Shown here: positions 53,979-63,238 of the stretch, piece after piece
Layout: each line of letters begins with the position of its first letter
Numbering within the stretch: position 1 is the first letter of the stretch
Source of the DNA: Candidatus Undinarchaeota archaeon
GTDB taxonomy: Archaea > Undinarchaeota > Undinarchaeia > Undinarchaeales > UBA543
Direction of reading: 5' to 3'
NCBI GenBank assembly: GCA_964567575.1
Contig: CAZMMZ010000003.1
Coordinates: 10,113-74,112 of the forward strand
Length of the DNA: 64,000 nt
Program-made: the position numbers and the translations under genes
Notes under the pieces: generated by a model
Databases searched by the model: none
Seen by the model: the letters and a program-made list of their open reading frames with translations, nothing else
What the model was told of the DNA's origin: nothing

Positions 53979-54824
53979 ATGCCAACCGAAGAACCCACTG
54001 TTGAAGATGTTGTAAAGCTCATAAAAGTAAGCAAACCGAATGGGAGAAATCAAAAACATTTCCCACGGTTAATAATGGATGACTTAGTTAAACGGCAGAT
54101 AACCGCGTATCACAGTTCCCCAGATAAGGTTGTGAAAGTGCGTGCAAATGATTTAGATCTTCCTGGCCAGCGAGGAATAATCAAAGCCAGAATGTCTCAA
54201 CACTGTCTCCAGCTTCTTGTCGAAATGAATATTTTTGAGAAATATGAAGGGAGCGAAGAGCAACAAAAGCATATTGGTACTCATGGAAAAGCTGAAGTAA
54301 GGCGCATAGATAGTTCCGAGTTTTATTTGTTTACGCAGACTGTGCGTTCTGCGTGTCGCAAAGCATTTGATAAAGGTGAACCTCGTTATAAAAAGTTTGT
54401 TCTGGGACAAGCGCTAGCTAGCAATTACATTGTTATTGCTTCTGATCCCGATAAGTCTAAGCAGTTTCTCAAGCGCTCTGAAAATAATCTTGTTGCAAAG
54501 TTTGATGAGAAGAAGCTCAAAAAGCTGTTTGATTCTGACAAAGCAAACGGAAAGAAAGGATCTAAAAAAGGGGATACTTTGGAAAAAGTTGAAGCAGATT
54601 TGAAAAAGCAGAAATGGGCCAAGCAAAAGACTCCGTGCCGTAAGCAGGTAGCGAGATACCTTCTGCGTCTGGAAGATCTTGGTCTTGATATTTCAAACCC
54701 CGCACAATTTCTTTTCGGGCCATTCGCAAACCTATATTCTCCTGTGCGGTATCACAAAATGCACTGGGTGCACATTCTCGTGCAGGTAAAAGCATTGAAA
54801 AAGCTTAGGGATAAGAAGAAATAA
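53979..54824 (+). CDS. Lys-rich hypothetical protein (orphan)
   Basis: 281-aa ORF on the opposite strand to the flanking housekeeping genes; no motif recognised. Confidence 0.65.
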   Translation: MPTEEPTVEDVVKLIKVSKPNGRNQKHFPRLIMDDLVKRQITAYHSSPDKVVKVRANDLDLPGQRGIIKARMSQHCLQLLVEMNIFEKYEGSEEQQKHIGTHGKAEVRRIDSSEFYLFTQTVRSACRKAFDKGEPRYKKFVLGQALASNYIVIASDPDKSKQFLKRSENNLVAKFDEKKLKKLFDSDKANGKKGSKKGDTLEKVEADLKKQKWAKQKTPCRKQVARYLLRLEDLGLDISNPAQFLFGPFANLYSPVRYHKMHWVHILVQVKALKKLRDKKK

Positions 54825-54830
54825 TTCTAA

Positions 54831-54959
54831 TTACTTCTTATTTATTTTCCAAGTGCTTGCTGAGAAACCAGATGATATTTTCTTAAAACATTCTTCGCAC
54901 ACAGTCTTTGTGCTGTCATCAGGAATTTCTTTGTTGCATTGTGTGCAATATTTAGTCAT
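54831..54959 (-). CDS. 42-aa CxxC...CxxC zinc-finger microprotein
   Basis: MTKYCTQCNKEIPDDSTKTVCEECFKKISSGFSASTWKINKK*; starts 8 nt after the aIF2gamma stop; below the ORF-track cutoff. Confidence 0.7.
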   Translation of the reverse strand: MTKYCTQCNKEIPDDSTKTVCEECFKKISSGFSASTWKINKK

Positions 54960-54967
54960 AATTAGAA

Positions 54968-56182
54968 TTATTGGATAACGCCGTATCCAATTAATCGCCA
55001 TCGAGTTCCGAATCGTCTTGCAATAGTAACTCTGTCGCCTACGCGCGCGCAGACTGGCAATTTCAATTTGAAAGTATAAGACTGCTTCTTACCAACTGAA
55101 ACAACTCCAACAGTTGTTGCAGTTCCAGTATTCAGCATCAGAGGCTCCTGATTAATCAGTGGTTTAATCTCAAGCTCGTCCTTTGAACCAACAACGCGCT
55201 CCAATAAGTGAATCTCCATTGCAATGTCTTTTTTAATTGGAGGCATTTTACCAGGGATTCCCAAAACTTTTCCTGATAATCCATCAGCTTTTGTCAGAGC
55301 AGGATCAAGTCCTGTTTCCAAACCAAAAGTTCCACCTCTACCAACTTTCTTAATTTTGGAACCACCGCAAGTTATGCCTCGGATTTTTGTTTTAATTGTT
55401 CCGCCATCAGACATTGGACCAATTTCAACAAGCTCGCCTTCTTTTAATTCACCAGATACGAGTGCGCCGCCAAGCACACCTCCTTTAATTACTGTTGGGT
55501 CTGAACCTGGCTTGTTAATATCAAATGACCGAGCAAGATACATTATTGGTTCCTCGCCTGGTTTCACTCCCGGAGAAGGAATCTTCTCCTCAATTGTTTT
55601 AATTAAAACATCAATGTTTGTTCCATGCTGTGCAGATACTGGAATAATCGGAGCTTTCTCAGCAACAGTTCCTTTTACAAATTCTTTAATTTGATTATAA
55701 TTCTCAAGAGCTTTCTCAGGTTTAATAAGATCAATTTTGTTTTGAACAATAATAATATTTTTTACACCAACAATATCAAGAGCCATCAAGTGCTCTTTGG
55801 TTTGCGGTTGAGGACATTCCTCATTTGCAGCAATTACAAGAATTGCGCCATCCATAATTGCAGCGCCTGTAAGCATTGTTGCCATCAGAGTTTCGTGCCC
55901 AGGTGCATCAACAAAACTTACAACGCGTGCGAGTTCTGTTTTGGCTTTGCATTTAGGACATTCTTTTTTAACTGAATAGCAGTCCGGCTCTTTGCATTTA
56001 GGACATTTGTAAAATTTGCAATCAGCATAACCAAGTCGAATTGTAATACCACGTTTTAATTCTTCAGAATGACGATCTGTCCAAACACCAGATAAGCGTT
56101 CAGTCAGTGAAGTTTTCCCATGGTCAATATGGCCAACTAAGCCGATATTTACTTCTGGGAGTTGACATTTATCTTCAGTCAT
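54968..56182 (-). CDS. eif2g: Translation initiation factor 2 subunit gamma (aIF2gamma)
   Basis: [35 protein letters not shown]. Confidence 0.98.
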   Translation of the reverse strand: MTEDKCQLPEVNIGLVGHIDHGKTSLTERLSGVWTDRHSEELKRGITIRLGYADCKFYKCPKCKEPDCYSVKKECPKCKAKTELARVVSFVDAPGHETLMATMLTGAAIMDGAILVIAANEECPQPQTKEHLMALDIVGVKNIIIVQNKIDLIKPEKALENYNQIKEFVKGTVAEKAPIIPVSAQHGTNIDVLIKTIEEKIPSPGVKPGEEPIMYLARSFDINKPGSDPTVIKGGVLGGALVSGELKEGELVEIGPMSDGGTIKTKIRGITCGGSKIKKVGRGGTFGLETGLDPALTKADGLSGKVLGIPGKMPPIKKDIAMEIHLLERVVGSKDELEIKPLINQEPLMLNTGTATTVGVVSVGKKQSYTFKLKLPVCARVGDRVTIARRFGTRWRLIGYGVIQ

Positions 56183-56186
56183 AAAT

Positions 56187-56813
56187 TTACTCTTTCTTCT
56201 CCTCTACAGGTTTCTCTTCTTCTTTAGGTTCTTCTGCAGGGGCGTCTTCTTTTTTCTCTTCTTCCTTTGCTGGTTCTTCAGCAGGTTTTTCTTCTTTCTT
56301 TTCTTCTGCTTTTGGCTCTTCAGGTTTTGCTTCTTCTGCTGGTTTCTCTTCTATAGGAGCAGCTTCTTCTTTTGCAGGTTCAGCTGGTGCTTCACCTTCA
56401 GCAGGTGCTGCATCTCCTTCTTTCTTTTCTTCACCCTCAGCTGCTGCTGGAGCAATTAATTTGTCAATCGGTTGTGAACCTTCTTTAACAACTTTAAGAT
56501 TAATTTGAACAATATCAGCGCCGATCTTGTTTCCGAACACACGTTTCTTTCTTCGCTCACCATTACGGTCTGTGTGGAAACCAGTTCCTTCTGAAAGTAA
56601 TATACGTCTAGTAGTACTGCCTTGAACATCTTTTCTCATTGGAGTTCCAGTTTTATCAGAACCTCCAGTAACTTCTAGTTCATAGCCTGCTAGGCCCAAG
56701 GATTCCCCTGAGAATGTCTCACCAATCTTTGTTCCAACTAGTGAGTTGTCTTCTGTTTCAATTTTGTAGGACTTTCCTGTTTTTGGGTCAGCCACTACGA
56801 GTTTAAAGGTCAT
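56187..56813 (-). CDS. rps6e: 30S ribosomal protein S6e (eS6) with long acidic tail
   Basis: [33 protein letters not shown]. Confidence 0.96.
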   Translation of the reverse strand: MTFKLVVADPKTGKSYKIETEDNSLVGTKIGETFSGESLGLAGYELEVTGGSDKTGTPMRKDVQGSTTRRILLSEGTGFHTDRNGERRKKRVFGNKIGADIVQINLKVVKEGSQPIDKLIAPAAAEGEEKKEGDAAPAEGEAPAEPAKEEAAPIEEKPAEEAKPEEPKAEEKKEEKPAEEPAKEEEKKEDAPAEEPKEEEKPVEEKKE

Positions 56814-56826
56814 TATTATCTCCTAT

Positions 56827-58575
56827 TTATCGTGAAATTTTTTCAATTTCGTCCAAAAGCACAGATTCCTCAACTGTCAAAAGATCCTTTAATTTGGTTC
56901 TCAAAACTTGTCTGTCCCGCTTCGGAACGCGTACATAGAGGGTATCGTTCTCTTTTATATTCTTTCCGATTACGCCTCCAACTATGGAAACTGCAACTTC
57001 CTTGCCTGCTTCCGCTTCCTTCAGATTCTCTTTATCTTCTGTAATTCCTTTAATTGAACCAACTTTCTGCCCTTCTCCATTCATTAATTCACTTTTTTGC
57101 TTGATTCGCCCTGCAACAACGCGAACACCGCAAATTGCTGGTTTTGATTGTCTGAAAATGTATTGCGGAAGCACTTCAATTTTCCCTGGCATTATTGTTG
57201 TTTTTGCAATTTCAGCTGAAGATTTGTTTTTTTCAGCATCCATCCATTGTTTGTACTCGTCAATTAAGCTGTAAACAATATCGCCTTCAAGAATTTTAAT
57301 ATCATTATCATCTGCTTCTTGCTTAGCGTCTTCTGAAACTTTTACATTGAATGCGAAAATCACAGCATTTAGATTGCTCTCCTTTTTCACTGCCTCAGCT
57401 TCCATTACATCCTTGCGTGAAACATCTCCAAATCCCGTTTTCCGAATTTTAATTCCTTTATCGCGGAACATTTTCATCAGAGCTTCCAGTGAGCCAAGTG
57501 TATCTGCTTTTAAAATCACACCAATTGTTTCAGTTTTAATTTTGATTTGATCAATTTGTGTGCGAACTCTGTCTTTGATGTCCTCAGCATCATCAGTTCC
57601 AACAACTGAAACTGGCGCGCCTGCCAGTGCTTCATCCAAGCCAGGTGCGGAGAGTTTTATTCCAGATGCTGCCGGAACTTCATCAACCGGTGTGTATTGT
57701 TTTCCTGTGCGCATTTCCATCATTGGATTAGGTCGGAATAATGCTTTGACAGTTGTTTGAACTGGTTCATCTTTTGTTCCAACAACAATTTCATCACCTT
57801 TTTTTATGCAACCGTCATAGAGAATTAAATCAAGTGTTGTGCCAAGGCCTTCTTCTTTCTTCACTTCCAGAATTGTTCCACGCCCTGGAGAATCGCAATC
57901 AATTTCCAATTTCTTTTCCATGTATTTCTGTGTTAATCCTGTAAGCACCATTAAGAATTCTGGAATTCCTTCTCCTGTCTTTGCACTGATTGGGACAACT
58001 GCTATCTGTTCTGTGAAATCTTTAACGCGATCGAATCGTTCAGAACTGTAACCATTTTTGTGCAGAACTTCAACAATTTCATAAAGTTTTGTATCAATTA
58101 TTTGCTGAACATCGTGCTTCTGATCCATTATGTTTTGAAGCATTGGCTTGTCTGGATTTGATTGCCAGCCTGAGAATGTGTCGAGTTTATTTGCAACAAC
58201 AACGAATGGTGTTTTGTAAGTTTTGAGAATATTAAGTGCTTCATATGATTGCGGCATGAATCCATCATTAACATCAACAATTAAAACTCCAATATCGCAA
58301 ATTGAACCACCGCGCTTTCGCAAGTGCGTGAAAGCTGCGTGTCCAGGGGTGTCAATAAACAAATAACCAGGAATTGTGATATCAAGTTTCAGAGCATCAA
58401 GAAGATTACCACAAGTTTTGCGCACAGATTTAATTGGAACTTCAGTTGCGCCAATATGTTGTGTAATCCCGCCTGCCTCTTTTGCAGCCACTGTGCTAGT
58501 CCTAATATAATCTAGAAGGGTTGTCTTTCCGTGATCGATATGACCCATTATTGAGACTATTGGCTGTCGAATCAT
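56827..58575 (-). CDS. infB: Translation initiation factor IF-2 / aIF5B
   Basis: [37 protein letters not shown]; no intein. Confidence 0.98.
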   Translation of the reverse strand: MIRQPIVSIMGHIDHGKTTLLDYIRTSTVAAKEAGGITQHIGATEVPIKSVRKTCGNLLDALKLDITIPGYLFIDTPGHAAFTHLRKRGGSICDIGVLIVDVNDGFMPQSYEALNILKTYKTPFVVVANKLDTFSGWQSNPDKPMLQNIMDQKHDVQQIIDTKLYEIVEVLHKNGYSSERFDRVKDFTEQIAVVPISAKTGEGIPEFLMVLTGLTQKYMEKKLEIDCDSPGRGTILEVKKEEGLGTTLDLILYDGCIKKGDEIVVGTKDEPVQTTVKALFRPNPMMEMRTGKQYTPVDEVPAASGIKLSAPGLDEALAGAPVSVVGTDDAEDIKDRVRTQIDQIKIKTETIGVILKADTLGSLEALMKMFRDKGIKIRKTGFGDVSRKDVMEAEAVKKESNLNAVIFAFNVKVSEDAKQEADDNDIKILEGDIVYSLIDEYKQWMDAEKNKSSAEIAKTTIMPGKIEVLPQYIFRQSKPAICGVRVVAGRIKQKSELMNGEGQKVGSIKGITEDKENLKEAEAGKEVAVSIVGGVIGKNIKENDTLYVRVPKRDRQVLRTKLKDLLTVEESVLLDEIEKISR

Positions 58576-58715
58576 TTTGTTGATAAAGCTGGAATTTGTC
58601 CAATTTATTAAGAAAATAAAGGGGAATAGGGTTTATTAAGGTTTAGGGAGAAAAGAAAGATGATGAAAATAATTCTTACAACAGGATTTCATCCTGTGGA
58701 AAAAGTTGGGGTGAT

Positions 58716-58991
58716 TTGAATGACCGCATTTTCTATCAAGAACGAACTGTGAAATATCTTGAAGATGCTTTGAAAAATATTGACAGGCGCATAGATTATT
58801 CTACAATTGATTTCACAATGATTGAAGAGAGATCAGGTTATGCTAATATTGATTTCGTGGATTTCTCAAGACTCATAGAAACTATTGTGGACAGCACAAG
58901 TTCGCTTTTGTCTTTCTTATTTGCAATTGCACCATGGGCAGTAGCAGGAGCAATCGGGCTTATAGTCTGGAAACGCTTTAAGAGAAAGTAA
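58716..58991 (+). pseudogene. 5'-truncated DUF4349-like C-terminal fragment
   Basis: QERTVKYLEDALKNIDRRIDYSTIDFTMIE followed by a TM helix and basic tail; only a TTG start and no N-terminal domain. Confidence 0.5.
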
Positions 58992-58996
58992 AAAGG

Positions 58997-59349
58997 TGTG
59001 TGAGGCCCAGAGAGTAAATCCTTTTCTGTTCTCCAACCTGAATATTATTTCAATACAGGTGGTCCACTTTTGAAAGTGGCTGGCAACATTTTACTACGCA
59101 CCATACCGGCTTCCTATCTAGCTTATCATCGGAAGCACATTTGGCTTGCACTCACGCACACACAGCTCGTTTCATCCAGATTCTCAAGACCTCGGCCGTT
59201 TCGGGCTTCATCGCATATATGAGATTGGTATCGTTTCTGTACCTGCGCACGCCGCTCTCGCGACCAACATTACTGTTTGCGCTGCTAATGAGTGAAGGAT
59301 TTTCCTCAGTTCACAAAGAACCGTTAGTCGCCCTTCTGCTCCTCACACA
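58997..59349 (-). ncRNA. rnpB: Ribonuclease P RNA
   Basis: P1 termini tgtgtgagg/cctcacaca; CR-I GAGGAAAAUCC (plus strand 59297-59307); CR-V AACAGAAAAGGAUUUAC (59014-59030); ACAGAAAC and GUGCAAG elements; about 350 nt. Confidence 0.88.
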
Positions 59350-59446
59350 ATTATTAGGGGGTTTGACTGGGTATTTAAAGGTTATTATAAAGAGAATTAG
59401 AGCAAGACCGGATAATATAAATACATTACAGAAATATAATTTTATT

Positions 59447-60145
59447 ATGAAAACAGTAGGTATAATAGGTGGCCTTGGTCCAGAAACAACTTCAGAGTTT
59501 TACTTAGATTTAATTTTCAGCTGTTATGCAAAGGATAAGACAAGCAGACCACCAATAATAATCTCAAGCGTGCCATTACCATACAAAATTGAAGAAGAAT
59601 TGATTACGAAAAACAAAGAACCGGAACGTTACATCCCTTTTCTTGTGGAAGAAGCAAAAAAACTTGAAAAAGCAGGAGCAGAGTTTATTGTAATGCCTTG
59701 CAACTCCTTGCATGTTTTTATTCAGGAAATACGAGAAGCAGTTAAAGTTCCGGTTTTGAGTATTATTGAAGAAACAATCAAGTTCCTTAAGAAAAATAAT
59801 TTGAAAAAAGTAGGACTTGTTTCTACTTCAGCAACTATTGAAAACAAACTATATGAAACTGCATTTAAAGAAAATGGAATTGAATTTGAAACACCAGATG
59901 ATTTTCAACAAGCCAAATTAGGAAAATTTATTCATAATTTAGTAATAGGTCAGCAAAACAATAGAGACAGAGAGGAATTAATCAATATTATTAATAAGTT
60001 TGAAGAAAAAGATGTAGATTGTGTAGCTTTAGCTTGTACTGATCTGCAATTATTAATACCAAAACATCCAACATTAAAAATCTTTGACACAATGAAAGTA
60101 TTTTCAGATGCAACTGTTGAAAAGATATTGCAAGAAACCGCATAA
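59447..60145 (+). CDS. Aspartate/glutamate racemase
   Basis: MKTVGIIGGLGPETT, MPCNSLH, LACTDL (both catalytic Cys present); true ATG at 59447. Confidence 0.92.
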   Translation: MKTVGIIGGLGPETTSEFYLDLIFSCYAKDKTSRPPIIISSVPLPYKIEEELITKNKEPERYIPFLVEEAKKLEKAGAEFIVMPCNSLHVFIQEIREAVKVPVLSIIEETIKFLKKNNLKKVGLVSTSATIENKLYETAFKENGIEFETPDDFQQAKLGKFIHNLVIGQQNNRDREELINIINKFEEKDVDCVALACTDLQLLIPKHPTLKIFDTMKVFSDATVEKILQETA

Positions 60146-60187
60146 CTTAAATACGCTTTATCACTAGCAAGATTAGGTGAGGGAAAA

Positions 60188-60394
60188 ATGGTAAAAAAGA
60201 AAATAAAAAAATGCTGTGAGAATATGCCGTCATGTGGATGTGGTGGTGCAGTTTATGGACTAGGTTTCATAGGTGCGCTTATTTATTACATTTCAACTGC
60301 AATGAGTTTCTGGTGGGGTGTTTTAGGAATTTTGAAATCAGTTGTATGGCCAGTTTTCCTTATTTACGAAGCACTTAAATTTTTAGGAGCATAA
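60188..60394 (+). CDS. Small membrane protein
   Basis: GGAVYGLGFIGALIYYI...GILKS.VWP; GGTGAGG Shine-Dalgarno-like sequence upstream. Confidence 0.75.
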   Translation: MVKKKIKKCCENMPSCGCGGAVYGLGFIGALIYYISTAMSFWWGVLGILKSVVWPVFLIYEALKFLGA

Positions 60395-60395
60395 A

Positions 60396-60776
60396 TTGAA
60401 ATTTCACCCAGGAAAAATAATAACAATAATGAAACCATCCAGCAAGGATGTGATTAGTGCAAATGCAAGCACGCAAGTAATGATTGAAATGTGGGATGAG
60501 AATATTCTAACATTCACAATTGATCCAAAAATCGCAACCAAGGCAAAGAAAAATGATATCATAATTGTTGATTACAATCCAACTAGTGAAAAAATGCAAA
60601 TTCCCAAAACAATAATTACTAAAATTCTTAGAGGAAAAATCGCTGATGAGACTTGGAAGAAATACAAAGAATACGCAAAGAAAAAGCAGAAGGCAGCAGC
60701 AACACAAAGAGTTGCGATTCCAGTGCAAGGACAGCCAGGTCAAATGGCAGTTCAGCCTAAAAGCAGTTACGGTTAG
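60396..60776 (+). CDS. Hypothetical protein
   Basis: HPGKI...EMWDEN...VDY.P; TTG start. Confidence 0.65.
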   Translation: MKFHPGKIITIMKPSSKDVISANASTQVMIEMWDENILTFTIDPKIATKAKKNDIIIVDYNPTSEKMQIPKTIITKILRGKIADETWKKYKEYAKKKQKAAATQRVAIPVQGQPGQMAVQPKSSYG

Positions 60777-60825
60777 TTGTACTCAAATAGTTACATTAAT
60801 AAACTTCTAGAAAATTAAGAATAAT

Positions 60826-62274
60826 ATGCTGTTCAACTCATTGCATTTTTTAGCATTTTTCCCAGTAGTTCTGGTGCTGTATTTTAGCATACCGCATAAA
60901 TATCGATGGACCTTGCTTCTGTTAAGCAGTTACTACTTCTATATGAGTTGGAAAGCAGAGTATGTTATTCTCATTATGATTTCCACTATAATTGATTATA
61001 TTGCTGGACTTCAGATCCATAATTCTACAGCACAATGGCGCAGGAAACTCTTTTTATGCTTAAGTATAGCAACAAATTTAGGTCTCTTATTTGCCTTCAA
61101 ATATTTCAATTTCTTCAGTGATTCACTTAGGGTAATATTACAACAAGCAAGCATTCAACTGAATCCAATAACACTGAAAGTTTTGTTGCCTGTTGGTATT
61201 AGTTTCTACACATTCCAAACTCTGAGCTATACAATTGATGTGTATCGTGGAAAAATAAAACCCGAAAAACACTTGGGAATTTTTGCAGTTTATGTTTCGT
61301 ATTTCCCACAGCTTGTTGCAGGTCCAATTGAGCGCGCTAAAAATCTTCTTCCTCAATTTTTCGAGAAACACTTTTTTGAGTATAAACGAGTGACAGACGG
61401 ATTGAAATTAATGCTTTGGGGATTCTTTAAAAAATTAGTTATTGCAGATAAGCTTGCACTTATAGTAAATTTCGTATACAATGACCCGACAAAGTTTACT
61501 GGATTTCCATTGATTATAGCAACAGTTTTCTTTGCATTCCAAATCTATTGTGATTTTTCAGGATATTCTGATATTGCAATTGGTGCTTCTCAGGTAATGG
61601 GTTTCAAATTAATGGACAACTTTAAGAGGCCATATTTTGCAAGATCAATTGCTGATTTCTGGAAACGCTGGCACATTTCTCTAACTTCTTGGTTTAAGGA
61701 TTATCTTTACATTCCATTAGGTGGCAACAGGGTTTCAGTACCAAGATGGTATCTAAATATAATGGTCGTCTTTATTGTTAGTGGATTGTGGCACGGCGCA
61801 AGCTGGACTTTTGTTATTTGGGGCGCATTGCATGGGATCTATTTGTTAATTGGAAAGCTCACAACACCGTTACAAAAAATGTTCTTTAAGATAACACGAC
61901 TTGTTAAATTCCCCAAATTAATACATCTTTTTGAAATCTGTCTTACATTTATTCTAGTAGATATTGGTTGGATATTTTTCAGAGCAAATAGTATTTCTGA
62001 GGCTTTTTATATCTTAACACATTTATTCTCAAAGTTCACATTTAGTCTTGCTCCTTTACGTTATGTTATTCGGAATTGGGCTGAACTTTTCTATTGTTTA
62101 GGTATAATTGTATTCATGGAATTTGTTCATGTAATCCAATCTCATGCAGGTATTAGGCAATTCTTAAGTGATAAGTCTCTACTGTTGCGTTGGAGTATTT
62201 ACATTACAATAATCTTACTGTTAGTGTTCTTTGGAGTGTTCACTGAAACAGCGTTCATCTATTTCCAATTTTAA
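60826..62274 (+). CDS. MBOAT-family O-acyltransferase (AlgI/DltB/PatA-like)
   Basis: MLFNS, PVGISFYTFQ, GPIER, DFSGYSDIAIG, FWKRWHISL..W..DY.YIPLGGNR, GLWHGA. Confidence 0.96.
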   Translation: MLFNSLHFLAFFPVVLVLYFSIPHKYRWTLLLLSSYYFYMSWKAEYVILIMISTIIDYIAGLQIHNSTAQWRRKLFLCLSIATNLGLLFAFKYFNFFSDSLRVILQQASIQLNPITLKVLLPVGISFYTFQTLSYTIDVYRGKIKPEKHLGIFAVYVSYFPQLVAGPIERAKNLLPQFFEKHFFEYKRVTDGLKLMLWGFFKKLVIADKLALIVNFVYNDPTKFTGFPLIIATVFFAFQIYCDFSGYSDIAIGASQVMGFKLMDNFKRPYFARSIADFWKRWHISLTSWFKDYLYIPLGGNRVSVPRWYLNIMVVFIVSGLWHGASWTFVIWGALHGIYLLIGKLTTPLQKMFFKITRLVKFPKLIHLFEICLTFILVDIGWIFFRANSISEAFYILTHLFSKFTFSLAPLRYVIRNWAELFYCLGIIVFMEFVHVIQSHAGIRQFLSDKSLLLRWSIYITIILLLVFFGVFTETAFIYFQF

Positions 62275-62277
62275 AAA

Positions 62278-63192
62278 ATGAAAAATGAAAAAAAGAAATT
62301 CGTGAAGAAAGGCATCCTATTCAGCTTTATCTTAATTCTTCTAATTTCAGGTTTAAACATTGTTTACCTAAATATAGCCCAAACAAATTGGGAATACTTT
62401 CAAGAAGAAAAACGGCTTGATGTTTTTGCGCAAGAAAATAATGAAGTTGAATATTTTTTTGTTGGTGATTCTCATGTCAAACAAGCAATAATTGAAAACG
62501 AAATACCAAACTCTTATAATTTCGCAGTTGGTGGTGAAACCTTTGTTGAGTCTTATTATAGATTAAAAGATCTTATTGACTCAAATCAATTAAATATAAA
62601 AAATATTATGTTGCAAACAGATGTGCATGTCTTTTTCAAAAAAAATGAATCATTATTCGAAGAAAATTTGTATTTTGAAAAGTTTTTAACACTAAAAGAG
62701 ATGAGTGTTATCAATAATAAAAATCTTATTTCAATGTACATTTATCGGTATTCTCCTATCATTGGACTTGGAAATATGATTTTGCGTGTTTATGGAAATA
62801 TCTTTGATGAAGATACAATAATCTTAGATGATGTAGAACTTGATATGAAAATCACATACTTCCAAACCGATCATATCAATTCTAATGAGATTGAATATTA
62901 TTTTAAAATAATCTCCTTAGCTGAGACTAATAATATTCCTATAATTTTAATACAATATCCTGTTGCAAAGAAGTATCATGAGGAATTAATCAAGCAAAAC
63001 ATTCCGTATCGAACTGAATATTTCCCATACATCCTCTCGTTACTCGATTCAAAAAACAAAGATCTTCCGTTATTAGATTATTATGATTACTTTTTTGAAA
63101 ATCCTAATTATTTCATAGATTCCGGTCATTTGAAACTTAAACCCGCAAAAATATTTTCTGAAAAAGTTCTAGATGATCTTCAAGAAATATAA
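62278..63192 (+). CDS. SGNH-fold partner of the MBOAT (AlgJ/DltD/PatB-like)
   Basis: N-terminal TM anchor; GDSH nucleophile motif; YNFAVGG; C-terminal DSGH (DxxH). Confidence 0.75.
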   Translation: MKNEKKKFVKKGILFSFILILLISGLNIVYLNIAQTNWEYFQEEKRLDVFAQENNEVEYFFVGDSHVKQAIIENEIPNSYNFAVGGETFVESYYRLKDLIDSNQLNIKNIMLQTDVHVFFKKNESLFEENLYFEKFLTLKEMSVINNKNLISMYIYRYSPIIGLGNMILRVYGNIFDEDTIILDDVELDMKITYFQTDHINSNEIEYYFKIISLAETNNIPIILIQYPVAKKYHEELIKQNIPYRTEYFPYILSLLDSKNKDLPLLDYYDYFFENPNYFIDSGHLKLKPAKIFSEKVLDDLQEI

Positions 63193-63238
63193 AGCAAAAG
63201 AAAAGTTTAAAACATTGTACACACATTGATTTTCTAAG

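Noticed and set aside
38744-58575. Inteins in RFC or aIF5B
   Set aside because: Protein lengths are normal and no splicing motifs (C/S...HN) interrupt them.
59141-59446. 102-aa N-terminal extension of the racemase ORF
   Set aside because: It is the antisense of the RNase P RNA plus promoter region; the racemase motif starts at ATG 59447.
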